Source of the DNA: Microcystis aeruginosa NIES-2549
Lineage (GTDB): Bacteria; Cyanobacteriota; Cyanobacteriia; Cyanobacteriales; Microcystaceae
Direction: 5' to 3'
Length of the DNA stretch: 32,000 nucleotides
NCBI RefSeq assembly: GCF_000981785.2
Contig: NZ_CP011304.1
Span: 3,960,001-3,992,000, forward strand
The position numbers were made by a program, and so were the translations under genes. The notes under the pieces are model-generated. The model was given only the letters and a program-made list of their open reading frames with translations. It did not search any database and was not told where the DNA came from. This document shows, piece after piece, positions 1 to 10,156 of the stretch (the first letter of the stretch is position 1; every line of letters starts with the position of its first letter).

Positions 1-62
1 TCCACCGTTTCCTGATGATAATTGACAGAGAGTTGAGAATCTTCGAGCGTTGAACCTTGCAT
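1..62 (-). CDS. ctaE: probable 5' end of cytochrome c oxidase subunit III (only ~20 codons lie in the window)
   Basis: ATG at 62-60 on the minus strand, preceded by AAGGA. It reads MQGSTLEDSQLSVNYHQETV and runs off the window. Its position just downstream of ctaC-ctaD fits the cyanobacterial ctaCDE order. It is too short for real homology support. Confidence 0.35.
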   Translation of the reverse strand, partial: MQGSTLEDSQLSVNYHQETV

Positions 63-136
63 AATTGAATATCCTTAGTTTACACGGGAGACGGGGAGCT
101 TTTTCTCAGTGTTGCCAAAGGCACGGCGTAGCCGTC

Positions 137-227
137 CAGTAAACAGTAAACAGTAATCAGTGAACTGAAAACTCACATCTGATAACTGATAACTGATAAC
201 TGATAACTGATAACTGATAACTGATTA
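137..227. repeat. STRR-like heptanucleotide tandem array (13 units; 6 perfect CTGATAA at 179-220)
   Basis: 7-nt periodicity read directly: CAGTAAA CAGTAAA CAGTAAT CAGTGAA CTGAAAA CTCACAT, then (CTGATAA)x6, then CTGATTA. The last unit contains the ctaD stop codon (TAA on the minus strand = 225-227). Confidence 0.9.
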
Positions 228-1901
228 TTGCGATTCCGCACCCACTTCAGCGAGGAGATCTTGTACTGATTCCGCTGCTTCTGATTCTTCCATATCAATA
301 CCGTAATCGTAGGGGCCGGACCAAAGAATCGGCATTTCCTCGAAATTCTCGATAATTGGGGGAGAGGAAGTTTGCCATTCTAGGGTTAAAGCGCGCCAAG
401 GATTACGACCGGCGGGTTGACCTTTAAAGGCACTCCAGACCATATTAATAGCGAAGGGAATACTTGATATACCGAGAATATAAGCCCCTGCGGTACTAAG
501 AACATTTAAACCCTGAAACTGCACATCATACAGGGCAATACGACGGTTCATACCCAATAATCCCAATTCGTGCATCGGCATGAAAGTTAAATTCAAACCG
601 ATAAAAGTGAGAACAAAGTGGATACGACCGAGAGTTTCGTTATACATCCGTCCGGTCATTTTCGGGAACCAATGGTAAACGGCCGAAAACAGGGCCATTG
701 CCGTACCACCAAATAGTACATAATGGAAGTGACCGACGACAAAATAGGTATCGTGGACGTGGATATCGAAGGGAACAGAAGCCAACATAATCCCAGTCAA
801 ACCACCGATGAGGAAAGAAGACAGGAAACCAATCCCAAATAACAAAGACGTATTGAGACTGAGTTTACCCCCCCAAAGGGTGGCACACCAACTAAAGATT
901 TTAATGCCCGTGGGAACGGCGATTAACATGGTTGCCGCCATGAAAAACATCCGTAACCAGCCGGGGGTGCCGCTGGTGAACATATGGTGGGCCCAAACAA
1001 TTAAACCCAAGAAACAGATGGTGAGACTGGAATAGGCGATCGCTCGATAACCAAAAATCGGTTTACGCGCGTGAACCGGTAATATCTCCGATATCGTGCC
1101 GAAAAAGGGCAAAATCATGATATAAACAGCAGGATGGGAGTAAAACCAGAACATATGCTGATAAACCACCGGATCGCCGCCCCCGGCGGGATTAAAAAAG
1201 CTCGTGCCAGCGATTAAATCAAAGGATAAGAGAACGAGAGCAGAAGCGAGAACGGGGGTGGAAAGCAGTACCAGAGTCGAGGTGGCCAGCATTGCCCAAC
1301 AAAATAGCGGCATACTGTACAAATCCATCTCAGGAATCCGCATTTTCAGGATCGTGGTGATGAAATTAATCGAGCCTAAAATCGAGGAAGTCCCGATCAA
1401 TAAAAGGCTCAAAATCCACAATTCTTCCCCCCATTTGCCGCTAATTAAGCTTAAAGGTGGGTAGGAAGTCCAACCGGACTGGGGGGCGCCGACAAAGAAA
1501 CTGGATAACAATAGCAGCCCGCCGGGGGGGTTAAGCCAGAAAGCCACAGCGTTAAGACGAGGAAAAGCCATATCTTCCGCCCCAATCATCAGGGGAATGA
1601 GATAATTGGCAAAACCTGCCCCAACCGGAACGATCCAAAGAAAGATCATGATCGTTCCGTGCATGGTCATGAATTGGTTATATAGTTCCGGGGAGACAAA
1701 ATCGGGGTCGGGAGTGGCTAATTCTGTCCGCAGCACTTCCGCGAAAGCACCGCCAATAAAGAAGAAAAGAAAGGCAGTCACCAGATATTGAATACCGATG
1801 ACTTTATGATCGGTGCAGAAAGTGAAGTAATCAGTCCACTTGCGGTGATGGATCACCTCGGGAACGGTTGCTGGGGTGGTTATTTCCGTTGATGCTGTCA
1901 T
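225..1901 (-). CDS. ctaD: cytochrome c oxidase subunit I
   Basis: 558-aa ORF with a polytopic heme-copper oxidase subunit I pattern (WFYSHPAVYIMILPFFG, HDTYFVVGHFHYVLFGG). It lies 29 nt downstream of ctaC. Confidence 0.97.
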   Translation of the reverse strand: MTASTEITTPATVPEVIHHRKWTDYFTFCTDHKVIGIQYLVTAFLFFFIGGAFAEVLRTELATPDPDFVSPELYNQFMTMHGTIMIFLWIVPVGAGFANYLIPLMIGAEDMAFPRLNAVAFWLNPPGGLLLLSSFFVGAPQSGWTSYPPLSLISGKWGEELWILSLLLIGTSSILGSINFITTILKMRIPEMDLYSMPLFCWAMLATSTLVLLSTPVLASALVLLSFDLIAGTSFFNPAGGGDPVVYQHMFWFYSHPAVYIMILPFFGTISEILPVHARKPIFGYRAIAYSSLTICFLGLIVWAHHMFTSGTPGWLRMFFMAATMLIAVPTGIKIFSWCATLWGGKLSLNTSLLFGIGFLSSFLIGGLTGIMLASVPFDIHVHDTYFVVGHFHYVLFGGTAMALFSAVYHWFPKMTGRMYNETLGRIHFVLTFIGLNLTFMPMHELGLLGMNRRIALYDVQFQGLNVLSTAGAYILGISSIPFAINMVWSAFKGQPAGRNPWRALTLEWQTSSPPIIENFEEMPILWSGPYDYGIDMEESEAAESVQDLLAEVGAESQ

Positions 1902-1930
1902 AATACCAAGATTTTAGATGACAAGAAAAA

Positions 1931-2896
1931 TTACATTTGCTGCTGATGGGCAACTTGGGCGAGGATTTCAGCGTCGATGCCCATTTCTTCGGTGTAGGGG
2001 GTCAAATATTGACTATCAGAGCGATCTTTAGCGGTCATAGCTACGGTTTGATCGCTGTCAACTTCGGCGATTGTGTTATCCTGCACCCATTGGTCGTAAT
2101 CCCCTTGGGAGTGAACCACAAAGCTAGATTTCATGCCGCCGTGATAGGCCCCGCAAAGTTCCGCACAAATGATCGGATATTGACCAATTTGGTTGGATGT
2201 GAACGATAACACCGTTTCCTGTCCGGGGATAACGTCCTGTTTTAGACGCAATTGGGGAACCCAGAAAGCATGGATCACATCCCCCGCTTCCATATTCAGT
2301 TGCACGGGGCGATTGACGGGGGCGTGCAGTTCCCCGGAAACAATGCCAGTTTCGGGATAGGTGAAGATCCAAGCGTATTGAATGCCTTTAACATTGACCA
2401 CTAGGGGGGGAACTCCTTCACCATCGTAGGAATTGCCGATACCTAGGGCTACTCTGCGATCGCCGCCCAGGGCCATCATCGTGCCGTGGTGATGACCGTG
2501 GTGGGCGATTTCTCCTTTGCCACCCTTGGAAATCAAGGGATCGAGACCGCCGATATTGTTATAAATCTCGAAGCTATAGACGGCAAGGATAAAAACGATT
2601 ACCGTCGGGATGGCTGTCCAGAAGATTTCTAGGGGGACATTGCCCTCCACTGCCGGCCCGTCGGTTTGATCCCCCGGTTTGCGGCGAAAGCGAATCACTA
2701 TATAGATAATCACGCCTTCAACTATTAAAAATAGTCCCGTGGCGATGGTCATCATCAGATTAAAGATATTATCTATCTCCTGAGCATCTTCGGAAGCGGC
2801 CACGGGCATTAAGCCATGATTTTGGCCATACCAGAGACTAATTAAGGTTAAGGTGATCCCGAGTACGAGCGTCAGGATACTGCTGGGAATTTTCAC
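1931..2896 (-). CDS. ctaC: cytochrome c oxidase subunit II
   Basis: 321-aa ORF with two N-terminal TM helices and a cupredoxin domain carrying the CuA motif CAELCGAYHGGM. It lies directly upstream of ctaD. Confidence 0.95.
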   Translation of the reverse strand: MKIPSSILTLVLGITLTLISLWYGQNHGLMPVAASEDAQEIDNIFNLMMTIATGLFLIVEGVIIYIVIRFRRKPGDQTDGPAVEGNVPLEIFWTAIPTVIVFILAVYSFEIYNNIGGLDPLISKGGKGEIAHHGHHHGTMMALGGDRRVALGIGNSYDGEGVPPLVVNVKGIQYAWIFTYPETGIVSGELHAPVNRPVQLNMEAGDVIHAFWVPQLRLKQDVIPGQETVLSFTSNQIGQYPIICAELCGAYHGGMKSSFVVHSQGDYDQWVQDNTIAEVDSDQTVAMTAKDRSDSQYLTPYTEEMGIDAEILAQVAHQQQM

Positions 2897-3180
2897 GGTC
2901 TTTTCAATATTTTTAATAGTGGCTACTTATTCAAGGCTAAAACATGATTCCCGTATAGATGGGAAATTTAACCAGCATCTTCTGAGAATTTTATCTTTTC
3001 TTTGGGATCGTTTTCAGGGAAAGTATTTAAAATAACTAATTTTTATGTTTTATTCTGAGTTTATGTAAACAAATGTAACGGAAATGGCCAGAAATCTAAA
3101 GAATATCTAAAAGGTTTTACCTGTCGTAAAAAAACTCATTCACAGTGATAAGTAACTGGCAAACAAAGCCATGATCTTTG

Positions 3181-4122
3181 ATGACAGACTCCTTGAGAAC
3201 AGGCAAACCGATGACCGAATCTGTTTTTAACCCGACACCCCTAAGAGAAACTGGCAATATTCAGGTGTGGATGCGCCGCTTAGTCTGGAAAATTGCGATC
3301 GCTACTTTCGCCCTCATGGTGGTGGGTGCTGCCACCAGAGTTATGAACGCCGGTTTAGCTTGTCCCGATTGGCCCCTCTGTTACGGTCAATGGATTCCTA
3401 GTCAGCAGATGAATCTACAGGTATTTCTGGAGTGGTTTCATCGTCTCGATGCCTCTTTGATCGGGTTTAGTACGATCGCTCTCGTCGGTCTGTCTTGGTG
3501 GTACCGTCGCCATCTTCCCCCTTGGCTGTTGCCCTCGGCGATCGCCGCCTTGGCTTTAATTCTCCTGCAAGGAGTGCTGGGAGGATTAACCGTCACCCAA
3601 TTACTGCGATTTGACATCGTAACGGCCCATTTAGCCACAGCTTTGCTCTTTTTCTCCACCCTAATCGTCATTGCTATCGGTCTGACTCCCTACCGTGGCA
3701 CAGGTACGATAGGAAAACTAACTGGGATGGGAATGGTCGCCACCAGTCTAGTTTATCTGCAATGTCTCCTCGGCGGTCTCGTCGGTTCCCGTTGGGCGGC
3801 CCATCAGTGTTTAACGGTTTCCCAACTCTGCACGGTGATGAATAGCCACATTATCGGGGTTTTTCCCGCCACTATCTCGGTTTTAACCCTAGTTTTCTTC
3901 GCTTGGCGAACTGCCGCTATCCATCCTCTCCTCAAAAAACTAGCTTTTAGCGCCGGGGGATTAGTCGCCCTACAGGTATTTTTGGGCGTTGCCACCCTGA
4001 AACTGCATCTACAGGTGGAACCCTTAACCATTACCCACCACAGCATCGGTGCGCTATTGGTGGGAACCCTCGTCGCTTTTACCACTTTCGCCCTTCGCGA
4101 TCGTTCTTTCGCCCCTAAGTAA
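3181..4122 (+). CDS. ctaA: heme A synthase (COX15/CtaA family)
   Basis: Polytopic membrane ORF with conserved His in TM helices (WFHRLDA, VTAHLATA, ITHHSIGA). It is divergent from ctaCDE and upstream of ctaB. ATG 3181 is preferred over TTG 3178; a later Met (MTESV) is also possible. Confidence 0.85.
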   Translation: MTDSLRTGKPMTESVFNPTPLRETGNIQVWMRRLVWKIAIATFALMVVGAATRVMNAGLACPDWPLCYGQWIPSQQMNLQVFLEWFHRLDASLIGFSTIALVGLSWWYRRHLPPWLLPSAIAALALILLQGVLGGLTVTQLLRFDIVTAHLATALLFFSTLIVIAIGLTPYRGTGTIGKLTGMGMVATSLVYLQCLLGGLVGSRWAAHQCLTVSQLCTVMNSHIIGVFPATISVLTLVFFAWRTAAIHPLLKKLAFSAGGLVALQVFLGVATLKLHLQVEPLTITHHSIGALLVGTLVAFTTFALRDRSFAPK

Positions 4123-4160
4123 CTAGACACAATTAATTGCACATATCTAACCACCTCTTG

Positions 4161-4195
4161 CCGTTCGGCTGAGCTCACGGCCGAAGCCTTTTGCC
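4161..4195 (+). terminator. REP-like hairpin downstream of ctaA, possible terminator
   Basis: CCGTTCGGCTGAGCTCACGGCCGAAG: TTCGGC pairs with GCCGAA around the palindromic core TGAGCTCA. It is followed by GCCTTTTGCC and lies 39 nt after the ctaA stop. An inverted copy of the same element sits at 15517-15542. Confidence 0.4.
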
Positions 4196-4273
4196 TCTTG
4201 CCTTTTGCCCATCCTAACCAAGAAGTTAATTTTGTCCCATTACTTATAAGCCATCTCTAAGGATTTAACCACG

Positions 4274-5224
4274 ATGACTGGAACTCAAGCCCTTCGCCAC
4301 CACGATAATTTTTTACAAGTCGCTAAAAGTTATTATCAACTCACCAAACCCCGAATTATTCCTCTACTGCTGATTACCACGGCTGCTTCTATGGAAATCG
4401 CCTCTAAAGGTCAGGTTTCCCCCCTCTTACTCTTTCTTACCCTCCTCGGTGGCACTCTCGCCGCCGCCGCCGCTCAAACCTTAAACTGCATCTATGATCG
4501 CGACATCGATCACACCATGCTTCGCACCCGCGCCCGTCCTATTCCCTCCGGTCGCGTGCAACCCCTCCACGCCCTCATTTTTGCCCTCGTTTTAGCCTCC
4601 CTTTCCCTAGCACTTTTTGTCTTTTTTGTCAATACTTTGAGCGGATTTTTAGCAATGACCGGTATCGCATTTTATATGCTGATTTATACCCATCTGCTCA
4701 AGCGTCATAGTGTCCAAAATATTGTTATCGGTGGCGCAGCTGGCTCGATTCCTCCCCTCGTCGGTTGGGCGGCAGTAACGGGCGATCTCGGTTGGATTCC
4801 TTGGATTTTATTCGCAATTATTTTCCTTTGGACTCCTCCCCATTTTTGGGCTTTGGCTTTAATGATCAAGGATGATTATGCAGAAGTGGATATCCCGATG
4901 ATGCCCGTAGTTAAAGGGGAAGAAGCCACTAGCGAGCAGATTTGGCTCTATACTTTAATCGTTGTTCCTTTCACTTTCCTCCTGATTTATCCCTTGGCTG
5001 CCTGTGGTGTGGTTTATGGTGTAGCGGCTTTAATTTTAGGGTTTGTTTTCCTGAAAAAAGCTTGGCGATTAAAACAGAATCCTTTCGATCGGGACATGGC
5101 TCGATCGCTGTTTAAATATTCCATTCTTTACATGATGTTATTATGTACAGCTATGGTGATCGATAGTTTACCCATGACCTCTCGTCTCCTCGCTACAATT
5201 GCCAGTTTATTCTCCTGTAGTTAA
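4274..5224 (+). CDS. ctaB: protoheme IX farnesyltransferase (heme O synthase)
   Basis: 316-aa UbiA-family ORF with the Asp-rich motif [24 protein letters not shown] and about 9 TM segments. It is adjacent to ctaA. Confidence 0.95.
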   Translation: MTGTQALRHHDNFLQVAKSYYQLTKPRIIPLLLITTAASMEIASKGQVSPLLLFLTLLGGTLAAAAAQTLNCIYDRDIDHTMLRTRARPIPSGRVQPLHALIFALVLASLSLALFVFFVNTLSGFLAMTGIAFYMLIYTHLLKRHSVQNIVIGGAAGSIPPLVGWAAVTGDLGWIPWILFAIIFLWTPPHFWALALMIKDDYAEVDIPMMPVVKGEEATSEQIWLYTLIVVPFTFLLIYPLAACGVVYGVAALILGFVFLKKAWRLKQNPFDRDMARSLFKYSILYMMLLCTAMVIDSLPMTSRLLATIASLFSCS

Positions 5225-5234
5225 TCTCAGTTTT

Positions 5235-5290
5235 GAATCAGTTATCAGTTATCAGTTATCAGTAAACAGTTATCAGTGAACTGATAACTG
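5235..5290. repeat. heptamer array in both orientations, forming a hairpin between convergent ctaB and dnaA
   Basis: (GTTATCA)x3, GTAAACA, GTTATCA, then CAGTGAACTGATAACTG. CAGTTATCAG (5267-5276) and CTGATAACTG (5281-5290) form a perfect 10-bp stem with a TGAA loop. Confidence 0.85.
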
Positions 5291-5316
5291 AAAAACCCTA
5301 TCTCCCCAATTCCCGA

Positions 5317-6651
5317 CTACTGATTGCGACTGAGGGAGTTAATTCGCTCGATTAGTTGGGCTAAGATGTCTTGTAATTGTCGATCTTGATGCTGGGAAAG
5401 ATTGATTTTATCACAGCTATAAATAACGGTGGTGTGATCTTTGCCGCCAAATTCTTCGCCAATGCGCGGTAAACTTAAATCCGTGTGTTGACGCATCAAA
5501 TACATCCCAATCTGTCGAGCAAAACTAATTTCTCGTCGGCGGGAATTTCCTTTTAGATCGGCGATGGAGAGTTGAAATTTTTCCGCTACCACCGCCATAA
5601 TAATCTCAGGAGAAGTGGCAATTTTGGCCATTGGTGGATTTAAAACCGGCGCGATATTTTCTACCGTCATCGGCAATCCGGAGATAGAAATATAAGTAGT
5701 AGCCCGGATTAATGCTCCCTCTAATTCGCGAATATTAGAAGTATAATTAACGGCAATATATTCGATAACTTCTCTTGGGAGACGCAGATTTTCGTACTCG
5801 GCCTTTTTTTGTAAAATTGCCATACGAGTTTCGATATCCGGTGCTTGGATATCGGCGACTAATCCCATAGAAAAGCGAGAAATTAAACGATCCTGTAAAC
5901 TGGGCATCTGTTTGGGCAGGCGATCGGAGGCTAAAACCACCTGTTTTCCCGCTTCGTGCAGGGTATTAAAAGTATGAAAAAATTCTTCTTGAGTGTATTC
6001 TTTTCCTTCAATAAATTGCAGATCATCCACTAATAATATGTCCGCATGGCGATAATGATTACGAAAACTTTCCATACTATCTTGACGGATAGCGGTGATT
6101 AAATCATTCGTAAATTGTTCCGTCGATATATAAAAAACCCTGGATTGGGGATATAATTCTAGACGATAATGACCGATCGCCTGCATTAAATGGGTTTTAC
6201 CTAATCCCACCCCACCACAGAGAAAAAGCGGGTTAAATTCGCGTCCGGGTAATTCCGCCACCGCTAAGGCGGCCGCGTGGGCCATGCGATTAGTTGGCCC
6301 GACAACAAAACGGGAAAAATTATATTTAGGGTTAAGTTGATTACTGGGGGATAATTCTGATTCTAAGCTACTGTTAGGCTGGAAAATAGCGATCAAATCG
6401 CCCTGTTGTGCCGTTAGTTGAATCTCGACGGGATAACCGACGATCTCCTCCACTACTTCGGCAATTGTTGACAGATAATTTTTCTGAAGATGGTTAAGAA
6501 TAAAAGGATTGGCAGCCTGAATTACTAAGCGATCGTTTTGCCATTCTTTAACCGTCGCCGTTTGAAACCAAGTCTCGAAAGCGGGACGGGTTAATAGTAA
6601 TTTTAGACGCTCTAGGAGATGATGCCAAAGTTGTTGGGCGCTGCTATCCAC
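5317..6651 (-). CDS. dnaA: chromosomal replication initiator protein DnaA
   Basis: 444-aa ORF with Walker [11 protein letters not shown], Walker B LLVDDLQF, and the C-terminal DnaA-box binding helix region [38 protein letters not shown]. Confidence 0.97.
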   Translation of the reverse strand: MDSSAQQLWHHLLERLKLLLTRPAFETWFQTATVKEWQNDRLVIQAANPFILNHLQKNYLSTIAEVVEEIVGYPVEIQLTAQQGDLIAIFQPNSSLESELSPSNQLNPKYNFSRFVVGPTNRMAHAAALAVAELPGREFNPLFLCGGVGLGKTHLMQAIGHYRLELYPQSRVFYISTEQFTNDLITAIRQDSMESFRNHYRHADILLVDDLQFIEGKEYTQEEFFHTFNTLHEAGKQVVLASDRLPKQMPSLQDRLISRFSMGLVADIQAPDIETRMAILQKKAEYENLRLPREVIEYIAVNYTSNIRELEGALIRATTYISISGLPMTVENIAPVLNPPMAKIATSPEIIMAVVAEKFQLSIADLKGNSRRREISFARQIGMYLMRQHTDLSLPRIGEEFGGKDHTTVIYSCDKINLSQHQDRQLQDILAQLIERINSLSRNQ

Positions 6652-6771
6652 AATTAATTTTGATTAACAAAGTTGCTCTGGTGCTGCTGTGGGGAAACCT
6701 TATCAGTTTAGCGAGATTTTGCCGCTCAAGATAAAATGATTTTCAGAGGGAAACAATTAATCTTTAGACAG

Positions 6772-6966
6772 ATGACGCAAGTTTTAACAATCACCCAATT
6801 AGGAAATCCAATTCTACAGCAAAAAGCACCAGAGATCGATAATCTTCTCGATGCTGACTGTCAAAATTTGAGCGATTACCTGATTACCACCGTACAAGCT
6901 GCCCACGGGGTGGGAATCGCCGCGCCCCAAGTTGGTCGGTCTCTGCGTCTGTTTATCGTTGCTTCT
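6772..6966 (+). pseudogene. def: peptide deformylase, N-terminal ~65-codon fragment only
   Basis: MTQVLTITQLGNPILQQKAPEID...HGVGIAAPQVGRSLRLFIVAS matches the Def N-terminus, including motif 1 (G-x-G-x-AAPQ). Similarity stops at about 6966, where the antisense toxin fragment begins. No EGCLS or HExxH motifs were found downstream. Confidence 0.8.
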
Positions 6967-7163
6967 CACTGCTCAACTAAATCTACAAAATCGCTGTCTT
7001 TGGTCATTACGATAGCTCTTTGAGCTTTTGCAACCTGAAAGATTTCAGTATCTTCAGCATCTCTGGGTCCAAGATCACGCAAGGCCACAGCTTCAATCTC
7101 AAGTTTAGTGCTAATCCGGGTTGCAATTGCAGGAGACAAATGTGCGTCAACCCAAATTGTCAT
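6966..7163 (-). CDS. DUF5615-type (PIN-like/Mut7-C-like) putative toxin, apparently C-terminally truncated (65 aa)
   Basis: MTIWVDAHLSP...AIVMTKDSDFVDLVEQ follows the DUF5615 family pattern (VDA.L ... TKD.DFVDL). Family members I recall are about 110 aa. Its ATG overlaps the stop of the upstream DUF433 ORF (ATGA). Confidence 0.6.
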   Translation of the reverse strand: MTIWVDAHLSPAIATRISTKLEIEAVALRDLGPRDAEDTEIFQVAKAQRAIVMTKDSDFVDLVEQ

Positions 7164-7372
7164 GCCACTAAAACTGGGTGATTAAGCTTCCGTGAGGCAT
7201 ATAAAAGCGCTGCTTTCAAATCATCTGCCTCAAGATCAGGTATTTCATCTAGAATTTCTCCCGCACTTAAACCTGCCGCGAATAGAGCTAACACATCTGA
7301 TCCCAGGATTCTCATTCCTCGAATACAGGCACGACCACCGCACTGCCGAGGATTAACTGTAATTGTTGAAGC
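7160..7372 (-). pseudogene. DUF433-type putative antitoxin lacking a start codon
   Basis: My own minus-strand translation gives TITVNPRQCGGRACIRGMRILGSDVLALFAAGLSAGEILDEIPDLEADDLKAALLYASRKLNHPVLVA*. This is the classic DUF433 core. An in-frame TAG lies 10 codons upstream with no ATG/GTG/TTG between, so it is 5'-truncated or non-canonically initiated. Confidence 0.6.
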
Positions 7373-7699
7373 ACGGGGGTTATTTGTCTATGTTCAAATT
7401 GGGAATTTGGAACCCGTTCGTCTAGCCTTTGCCTGGGTACAAGCCTCTCAGATACCCTTAATTCTGGCGCAAACTAACTTTTTTCGCGAATTTGATATCT
7501 GTTTTCAACGCTCGCGATGTACTATTGAAATTATCCGATTCTAATCAGGGTCGATGTGCAGATGTGTTTTGGGTGAGATCGTGCTTTTGTTTAGTATTGA
7601 TAGAGAAAAGTAATGCTAATTTTTTTGGGAAAATTAGTTAGCTTATAATCATAACATATAATTAATTGGCAAGAGTTCTAGTTAACTTGGTTAGGGCTA

Positions 7700-7923
7700 T
7701 GGATTTATTAAAAAATCGGTTTGTGCAGTCGTTGGGAGTCGGGGCGTTTTTTTACCTCCTAATGCTTTCCTTAAATTGGGTGGTGTTGTTCACCCTGAGA
7801 ATTCTTGAATCTTTTTCCAGTTGGTATCGATACCGCGCCGCTCCCTATTCCTTCCAAATCAGTATCGGGGTGACGCTGGCCTATTTGCTGATCACGGCCG
7901 TCTTGAGTAGCCAGCGCGATTAG
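7700..7923 (+). CDS. hypothetical small membrane protein (2 predicted TM)
   Basis: ORF only. Hydrophobic stretches GVGAFFYLLMLSLNWVVLFTL and ISIGVTLAYLLITAVL. No recognisable family. An overlapping antisense ORF (7771-8037) competes with it. Confidence 0.3.
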
Positions 7924-8037
7924 ATACCTTTGCTGCCGCGTTGTCGGTAGTAAAACGTAGGGCGCGTTAGACTGCAAAAATTGCTGCTTTGACTGGAAGG
8001 AGACAATCCGTCGTAAAGCACCACCTATCATCAACAT

Positions 8038-8643
8038 TTACTCGTACCGGCGGTTACGTTTGCGGATAATCCAGAGGATAAACCAGATAACCAGGGCAAG
8101 TAGGGCGATTTTTGACACAGGAGCCAGATATTCTTCCACAAGGGGGTAATTCTTCCCTAAAAAGTAACCTGCTGCCGTTAAAAAAACGACCCAGAGGGTC
8201 GTGCCGATGGTGGAGTAAACTAAAAAGGGAATCATCGCCATGTGATTCATCCCGGCAGGCAGGGAAATCAAAGTTCGTACTCCGGGGACCAAACGACAGA
8301 GTAAAACCGCTTTACTACCGTGACGGTTAAACCATTGATTGGCTTTTTGAATATCTTTAGCGGAAACGGTAATCCATTTGCCGTATTTATCGGCTAGTTT
8401 TTCAATTTTTTCCTCATCTACAACCCGACCGAGATAATACCAAGGTAGCGCTCCGACTACGGTTCCGACAATCCCCGCTACCACTGCCGGAATAAATTCC
8501 ATTTGTCCCTCATGGACGGTAAAACCCGCTAGGGGCATAATTAATTCCGAGGGAATGGGCGGAAAAAGATTCTCTAAAAACATTAATAGGGCTATGCCTA
8601 AATAGCCCATAGAAGTCATTGTATTTGTAATCCATTCAGTCAT
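8038..8643 (-). CDS. DedA/SNARE-associated family membrane protein
   Basis: 201-aa ORF with DedA-type motifs FLENLFPPIPSELIMPLAGF and LLCRLVPGVRTLISLPAGMN. Confidence 0.85.
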   Translation of the reverse strand: MTEWITNTMTSMGYLGIALLMFLENLFPPIPSELIMPLAGFTVHEGQMEFIPAVVAGIVGTVVGALPWYYLGRVVDEEKIEKLADKYGKWITVSAKDIQKANQWFNRHGSKAVLLCRLVPGVRTLISLPAGMNHMAMIPFLVYSTIGTTLWVVFLTAAGYFLGKNYPLVEEYLAPVSKIALLALVIWFILWIIRKRNRRYE

Positions 8644-8686
8644 AATTTTTTAGGATTTAGAAAACAGTTTTAAAGTAAAGTATTTT

Positions 8687-8734
8687 CGGTAAACAGTGAA
8701 CTGATAACTGATAACTGATAACTGATAACTGATA

Positions 8735-8737
<3 letters not shown>
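8687..8737. repeat. STRR-like heptamer array abutting the ahcY stop codon
   Basis: CGGTAAA CAGTGAA (CTGATAA)x4 CTGATAT. The ahcY stop (TAA on the minus strand = 8735-8737) is fused to the last unit. Confidence 0.9.
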
Positions 8738-10024
<1,287 letters not shown>

Positions 10025-10156
10025 TTAAATACAAGCCTCGGCTATTGGTTAATTTAACTTAACATTGTCTGGGGATTTTCGCCAATGTCAAGCTTTCCAC
10101 CGGTTTTTTATATAGGAAAAAGTTATCAATCAGATTTACACTGGGTTACGCATTTT

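Noticed and set aside
808-1791. ORFs 808-1035, 1204-1464 and 1606-1791 on the plus strand.
   Set aside because: They are entirely antisense to the strongly supported ctaD CDS. They have no family resemblance and are typical shadow ORFs. The same applies to 1937-2209 and 2124-2372 inside ctaC, 3438-3671 and 3804-4178 against ctaA, 9083-9350 in ahcY, and 10854-11167 in proA.
6652-6735. Possible oriC / DnaA-box cluster next to dnaA.
   Set aside because: Only isolated one-mismatch boxes are present, for example TGTGGGGAAA here, with scattered single near-matches elsewhere. There is no cluster of TTATCCACA/TTTTCCACA-type boxes and no AT-rich unwinding element.
7771-8037. 88-aa minus-strand ORF immediately downstream of dedA.
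   Set aside because: It has no family resemblance, overlaps the competing plus-strand ORF 7700-7923, and has an Arg/Gln-rich low-complexity composition. Neither ORF is well supported; the plus-strand one was kept only at low confidence.
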